The notes under the pieces are model-generated. The model had not been told where the DNA came from, did not search any database, and was given only the letters and a program-made list of their open reading frames with translations. Below, in pieces: positions 59,329 through 64,000 of a stretch of 64,000 bases of DNA. The stretch spans positions 1-64,000 of the forward strand of contig OZ244188.1 of assembly GCA_965216635.1 (NCBI GenBank), written 5' to 3'. This stretch comes from a bacterium. Its GTDB lineage: Bacteria; SAR324; XYD2-FULL-50-16; G965216635. Position 1 is the stretch's first letter; each line of letters opens with the position of its first letter. Both the position numbers and the translations under genes were made by a program.

Positions 59329-60570
59329 ATGTCAAAACCCACCAAAGTAGTTACAGTCAAATCACTAAAACTAATATTGGCTTACTCAGGAGGATTGGAT
59401 ACTTCTGTGATTATCAAATGGTTAAGCCAGCAAGGTTATGAAGTAATTGCTCTTTGTTTGGATTTGGGGCAAAAAATTGATGACCTAGAAGAAATTCGCC
59501 AAAAAGCTCTAACTTCTGGAGCAATAGAGGCTATTGTAGAAGATGTAAGGGACGAATTTGTCAAGGATTATGTCCTACCTTCTCTGCAATTTCACGCACT
59601 TTACGAAGGAGTTTATTTGCTAGGAACTTCTTTGGCTAGACCTCTTATTGCAAAAAAACAGATAGAAGTAGCCCAAAAATACGGTGCTAAATATGTAGCC
59701 CACGGAGCAACTGGAAAAGGAAACGATCAAGTTCGTTTTGAATTAGCTTATTATAGCCTTAGCCCTGAAATTGAAGTTATTGCTCCTTGGAAAATGCCCG
59801 AATTTTTTGAAATGTATCCTGGTAGAAAAGAGTTGATGGAATTTGCCAAACAAAACAATATACCCATCAAAGCAAAGCCTAGTGCTCCTTGGAGTTCAGA
59901 TGAGAATTTGCTACACATTAGTTATGAATCTGGAATTTTAGAAGACCCGTGGCACAAACCTCCTAAGGAGATGTTTGAGCTCACTCAATCTCCAGAAGAA
60001 GCACCCGATGAGCCTGAAGAAATTATTCTTGAATTTAAGAATGGTATCCCAATAGCTCTTGACGAAAAAAAACTAGCTCTTACTCCTTTGTTTATCAAAC
60101 TTAACGAATTGGGGAGTAAGCACGGAGTAGGCAGAATAGATATTGTAGAATCTCGCTTTGTTGGTATGAAATCTAGGGGAGTTTATGAAACTCCCGGTGG
60201 CACTATTTTAATGCAAGCACACAGAGCTATAGAATCCATTTGTTTAACAAGCGATGCAATAGATCTTAAAGAAAGCTTGATGCCTCGGTTTGCGAGAGCT
60301 GTTTATCAAGGTTTTTGGTTCACTCCACAGGTTTATATGATGTTAGCGATGCTGGAACAATCTCAGCAGTTTGTAGAAGGTGAAGTTCGTTTAGAATTGT
60401 ATAAAGGAAATATTACAATCACTGGTAGAAAATCAAAATGCAGTCTTTATGACGAAGATATAGCCTCTATGGAAGAAGATTCTGGAGCCTATTCTCCACA
60501 GGATGCGAAAGGTTTTATCAAATTAAATGCGTTGCCTTTTAGGATCTACCACTCTGTAAGAAACCGTTGA
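59329..60570 (+). CDS. argG: Argininosuccinate synthase
   Basis: AYSGGLDTS, HGATGKGNDQVRFE, GMKSRGVYETPGG. Confidence 0.96.
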   Translation: MSKPTKVVTVKSLKLILAYSGGLDTSVIIKWLSQQGYEVIALCLDLGQKIDDLEEIRQKALTSGAIEAIVEDVRDEFVKDYVLPSLQFHALYEGVYLLGTSLARPLIAKKQIEVAQKYGAKYVAHGATGKGNDQVRFELAYYSLSPEIEVIAPWKMPEFFEMYPGRKELMEFAKQNNIPIKAKPSAPWSSDENLLHISYESGILEDPWHKPPKEMFELTQSPEEAPDEPEEIILEFKNGIPIALDEKKLALTPLFIKLNELGSKHGVGRIDIVESRFVGMKSRGVYETPGGTILMQAHRAIESICLTSDAIDLKESLMPRFARAVYQGFWFTPQVYMMLAMLEQSQQFVEGEVRLELYKGNITITGRKSKCSLYDEDIASMEEDSGAYSPQDAKGFIKLNALPFRIYHSVRNR

Positions 60571-60702
60571 ATTAGATATCCTAGTTCGGCTATGCAGCGG
60601 TTAAAAAAAATTTTGATTCTTGAAATATTATGTATATTCCTGCGACCCAAAATTTTTTTTCGTCTTGCCTAGCTTTCCTAATAATGCCTAATTCAAAGGT
60701 TT
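60567..60702. mobile_element. Degenerate family A element
   Basis: Shares CTTGAAATA..TATTCCTGCGACCCAAAATTTTTTTT with 40115..40155; ends CTAATTCAAAGGT. Confidence 0.65.
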
Positions 60703-60729
60703 CTGTAAGGCAATAAAAAAAAAGGCAAA

Positions 60730-61812
60730 ATGAGAGCCCTCAATTTTTCTCCGGGACCCGCTACTCTCCCAGAACCTGTTTTAAAAAAAATTCAAGAAGA
60801 CATAACAAACTATAAACATAGTAAATTTTGGATAGCGGAGATTTCTCACCGTTCTAAAATATTCACCGAATTGCTAGCGGAATGCAACAAAAAATTGAGA
60901 CGTATTTTAGAAATTCCAGAAGATTACGAAACTTTTTTTTGCCAAGGTGGGGCTACATTACAATACGCCTTAATCCCTCTCAATTTTCTAAGTAAGGGAG
61001 AAAAAGCAGCTTATGCGATTAGTGGACATTGGTCTCGGAGAGCCTACAATTTAGCAGGCGAGAAAAAAAATTTAATCACAATAAACTGCGGTGATTTTTT
61101 TTCTATTAAGAATTTTGCTGTGCCTGATAATATTGTCTATCTACTACTTTGTGAGAATGAGACTATTCATGGTTGTCAATACGAGACTTTACCAGATTTT
61201 CACTCTATTATAAGCGATCAAACTTCTAATATTTTAAGTAAAAAAATAGATTTTAAAAATCAGGCTGTTATCTTTGCTTCTACTCAAAAAAATCTTGGTA
61301 TATCAGGATTGACTTTGATAATTATCAGGAAAGATTTTTTAGAACTTTCAAAAAAGAACGAAGACAAAATGTCCCCCGTGTTGAACTATTATCACCTTTG
61401 CAAAGCCAACTCTATGATTAATACTCCCAATACTTTTGCTATTTACACTGCCAACTTAGTTTTAGATTGGATTATAGAAAAAGGAGGAGTAGATTTTTTT
61501 GAAAAAGAGCGATCAAAAAAATCTACTTTACTATACGATGCGATTGACAGTAGCGGTATCTATGAAAATCTAGTAAAAAAAAAGAATCGTTCTGCAATGA
61601 ATATTACTTTTTCTTGTAAGAATAAAGAGCTAAATCCTCTTTTCTTAGAACAAGCAGAAAAGCAAAATCTACTTTTTTTAAAGGGCCATCGTTCACTAGG
61701 AGGTATGAGGGCTTCCCTTTATAACGCTATGTCTTTAGTCGGAGTCAAATCTTTGATAAATTTTATGAAAAAATTTGAGAACAAGCATCAATATTATTTT
61801 GGCAGGCACTGA
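60730..61812 (+). CDS. serC: Phosphoserine aminotransferase
   Basis: NFSPGPATLP, ISHRS, QGGA, QKNLG, GHRSLGGMRASLYNA. Confidence 0.95.
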   Translation: MRALNFSPGPATLPEPVLKKIQEDITNYKHSKFWIAEISHRSKIFTELLAECNKKLRRILEIPEDYETFFCQGGATLQYALIPLNFLSKGEKAAYAISGHWSRRAYNLAGEKKNLITINCGDFFSIKNFAVPDNIVYLLLCENETIHGCQYETLPDFHSIISDQTSNILSKKIDFKNQAVIFASTQKNLGISGLTLIIIRKDFLELSKKNEDKMSPVLNYYHLCKANSMINTPNTFAIYTANLVLDWIIEKGGVDFFEKERSKKSTLLYDAIDSSGIYENLVKKKNRSAMNITFSCKNKELNPLFLEQAEKQNLLFLKGHRSLGGMRASLYNAMSLVGVKSLINFMKKFENKHQYYFGRH

Positions 61813-61822
61813 AAAATAACTA

Positions 61823-62899
61823 TTAAATCCGATTTTCATTTGTAGGATCAAACAACAAAATTTTAGTAGCATCCAAATATAGTGTTACTTGAGATTTGCG
61901 AATAGAATCGGGAAGACAACGTGCTCTTATTTCGGTTTCGTTCCATTTTGTGAAAACATAGGTATCAGATCCTGTTTTTTCGGTGAGTTCTATAGGACTA
62001 GTAATTTTTATTTTATTTTTGGTTTCTATATTGGTTATGTTTTCTGATCTTATTCCCAAAATAACCTCTTTATTCAAAAAAGATTGAAATTTTATTGGAA
62101 TAGGCAAATTTATTGTTTTGTTTTCTATTTTTAGTGGAAAAATAAGTTGATTAGATTTTTTGGTTAGTTTTCCCTGTATGAGATTGATGGGATGCGAGCC
62201 GATAAATTTGGCAATAAAAATATTTTTAGGAGAAAAATAAACTTCATCAGGAGTGCCAATTTGCACAATACAACCTTCTCGCATAATCGCAATTCTATCA
62301 GCCAAAGTCATAGCTTCTATTTGATCGTGAGTAACATAGACTATATTTTTTTTAACCTGCTGGTGTAGTTTTTTGATTTCCAAACGCATTTCTACACGAA
62401 GTTTTGCATCCAGATTACTTAAAGGTTCATCAAAAAGATACAAAGAAGGGTTACGAGCTATGGCTCTTCCCATAGCGACTCTTTGTTTTTGCCCTCCAGA
62501 AAGTTCAGCTGGTTTTCTATGAAGTAGATCCTCAATTTGCAAAATTTTGCTTACACCTTGAATTTTTTTTTTTATCTCTGTTTTGGAAAATTTTTTCATT
62601 TTTAACCCAAAAGCAATATTGTTATAAACATTCATATTTGGGTAAAGTGCGTAAGATTGAAAAACCATCGCAATATCTCTATCCCTAGAACTCGTATCTG
62701 TAATATCTTTTTGTTGATTGTAGATTTTACCGCTATCTACCGATTCTAAACCTCCAATGGAGTTTAGCAAGGTGGATTTACCACATCCAGAAGCACCTAC
62801 CAAAACCAAAAATTCATTCTGCTTAGAATCAATACAAATATCTTTTAGGATATGATTTTTTCCATAAAATTTATTTAGATTTTCTATTTTTAAACTCAT
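61823..62899 (-). CDS. Sugar ABC transporter ATP-binding protein (MalK-like)
   Basis: GASGCGKST, VFQSYALYP, LSGGQKQR, DEPLSNLDAKLR. Confidence 0.93.
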   Translation of the reverse strand: MSLKIENLNKFYGKNHILKDICIDSKQNEFLVLVGASGCGKSTLLNSIGGLESVDSGKIYNQQKDITDTSSRDRDIAMVFQSYALYPNMNVYNNIAFGLKMKKFSKTEIKKKIQGVSKILQIEDLLHRKPAELSGGQKQRVAMGRAIARNPSLYLFDEPLSNLDAKLRVEMRLEIKKLHQQVKKNIVYVTHDQIEAMTLADRIAIMREGCIVQIGTPDEVYFSPKNIFIAKFIGSHPINLIQGKLTKKSNQLIFPLKIENKTINLPIPIKFQSFLNKEVILGIRSENITNIETKNKIKITSPIELTEKTGSDTYVFTKWNETEIRARCLPDSIRKSQVTLYLDATKILLFDPTNENRI

Positions 62900-62909
62900 A
62901 AGTATTTTA

Positions 62910-63079
62910 GAGACTGCTTAAACTTTAGCATTATAGGAAAGCCAAACAAGGCTTTTTTTTGTAGAAAATCTCATAAGAGACTTTATTTTGCATTAAGCAA
63001 TAAGAGTATTTCAAGTGACAAAAAATTTGAGTAATGCAGTATAGCCCCCAATAGGTAGAACGCCTGATTTAACAGTCTT
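62910..63079. mobile_element. Divergent family A-like element inside the ABC operon
   Basis: GAGACTGCTTAAA...ATTTAACAGTCTT inverted ends; internal GAAAGCC/GGCTTT hairpin. Confidence 0.5.
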
Positions 63080-63090
63080 ACCTGTATTGA

Positions 63091-63957
63091 TTAACCTTTC
63101 ACTGTACCTGCAGTGAGCCCTTTAACAAAATATTTTCCTGCCAAAACATAAATTAACAAAGTAGGCAATCCTGCAAAAATAGCCGCTGCCATATCTACAT
63201 TGTATTCTTTCACACCAGTGGAAGTATTGACTAGATTGTTCAAAGCCACAGTGACAGGCTGAATATCTCCAGAAGAAAATATTACTCCAAATAAAAAGTC
63301 ATTCCAAATATTTGTAAATTGCCAAATTAAAGTAACCATTGTAATTGGAAGCGAGACTGGCATAAGAATCCTCCAAAAAATAGTAAAAAAACCAGCACCA
63401 TCCATTTTGGCAGCCTTGATTAAATCTTCTGGAATCGCAATAAAATAATTGCGATAAAACAGAGTTGTAAAAGCTAGTCCATAGACTATATGCACGAAAA
63501 TCACTCCCCAAATGGTATTCGCTAAACCTATTTTTCCTAGCACTTGAGCCATAGGTAAAATAACGATTTGAAAAGGAATAAAACAACCGATGAGAAGCAT
63601 TCCAAAAAAAAACTCACTGTAGCGAAATTTCCACTTAGATAAAACATAGCCATTCAAGGCTCCTATTATAGTGGAAATTAAGACGGGAGGGACGACTATT
63701 TTTACAGAATTCCAAAAATAATTTTTTATACCTTGACATTCCAAACCTGTGCAGGCAGTACTCCAAGCCTTTATCCAAGCCTCTAGATACAGTTGTTTAG
63801 GAAGTGAAATTAAATTACCTGTTCGTATTTCTTCTGAAGTTTTGAGTGAAGTTATTACCATAATAAACAGAGGTAAAATTACGTAAATCATAGCACTAAG
63901 CAAAATGAAATAAACAAACAATCTACTCCAACGAATAGAGCTAAACTTTTGTAGCAT
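63091..63957 (-). CDS. Carbohydrate ABC permease (MalG-like)
   Basis: EAA loop IPEDLIKAAKMDGA; IWNDF. Confidence 0.92.
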   Translation of the reverse strand: MLQKFSSIRWSRLFVYFILLSAMIYVILPLFIMVITSLKTSEEIRTGNLISLPKQLYLEAWIKAWSTACTGLECQGIKNYFWNSVKIVVPPVLISTIIGALNGYVLSKWKFRYSEFFFGMLLIGCFIPFQIVILPMAQVLGKIGLANTIWGVIFVHIVYGLAFTTLFYRNYFIAIPEDLIKAAKMDGAGFFTIFWRILMPVSLPITMVTLIWQFTNIWNDFLFGVIFSSGDIQPVTVALNNLVNTSTGVKEYNVDMAAAIFAGLPTLLIYVLAGKYFVKGLTAGTVKG

Positions 63958-64000
63958 AATTTTTTTGTCTTAGTTCAGAATAAAGATAAGGCACTAAAAG
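63941..64000 (-). CDS. C-terminus of an upstream sugar ABC permease (partial)
   Basis: LLVPYLYSELRQKNYATKV*, overlapping the next permease start. Confidence 0.65.
   Translation of the reverse strand, partial: LLVPYLYSELRQKNYATKV

Noticed and set aside
1752..63586. Numerous 60-160-aa antisense or alternate-frame ORFs inside long genes (e.g. 10511..10999, 3790..4101)
   Set aside because: Shadow ORFs of well-supported genes.

Overview
AT-rich bacterial chromosome segment. The taxon cannot be fixed from sequence alone; scattered operons and dense small repeats suggest a host-associated lineage. The housekeeping backbone includes gltD, purB, trpE, hflX, acs, sucC, leuA, miaB, putA, ccmC/D/E plus a CcmG-CcmH fusion, lpdA, argG, serC, a sugar ABC transporter, tmRNA and tRNA-Ile2(CAT). 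Accessory content includes a frameshifted Type ISP restriction-modification enzyme next to an NDT/TIR-like gene, an orphan DNA methyltransferase, an SDH/ClpP-type protease with a small partner ORF, an ImmA/IrrE peptidase with a membrane partner, and decayed RelBE and HicB loci. Two dispersed repeat families occur: a modular MITE-like family (AGAC(C/T)TTTGAATT...AATTCAAA(G/A)GTCT, about 15 copies) and a GTAG-type REP-like palindrome found beside outer-membrane protein genes. The best candidate for an undescribed system is a family of predicted 8-stranded beta-barrel proteins with long, Cys-clamped, hypervariable stalk-and-head loop insertions. In two paralogs the promoter, signal peptide and 3' flank are near-identical while the mature region is highly divergent. 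Those two are preceded by a copy-number-variable 75-bp unit containing a sigma70-like promoter whose -10 box lies inside a co-varying palindrome. All functional calls come from manual motif reading; no searches were run.
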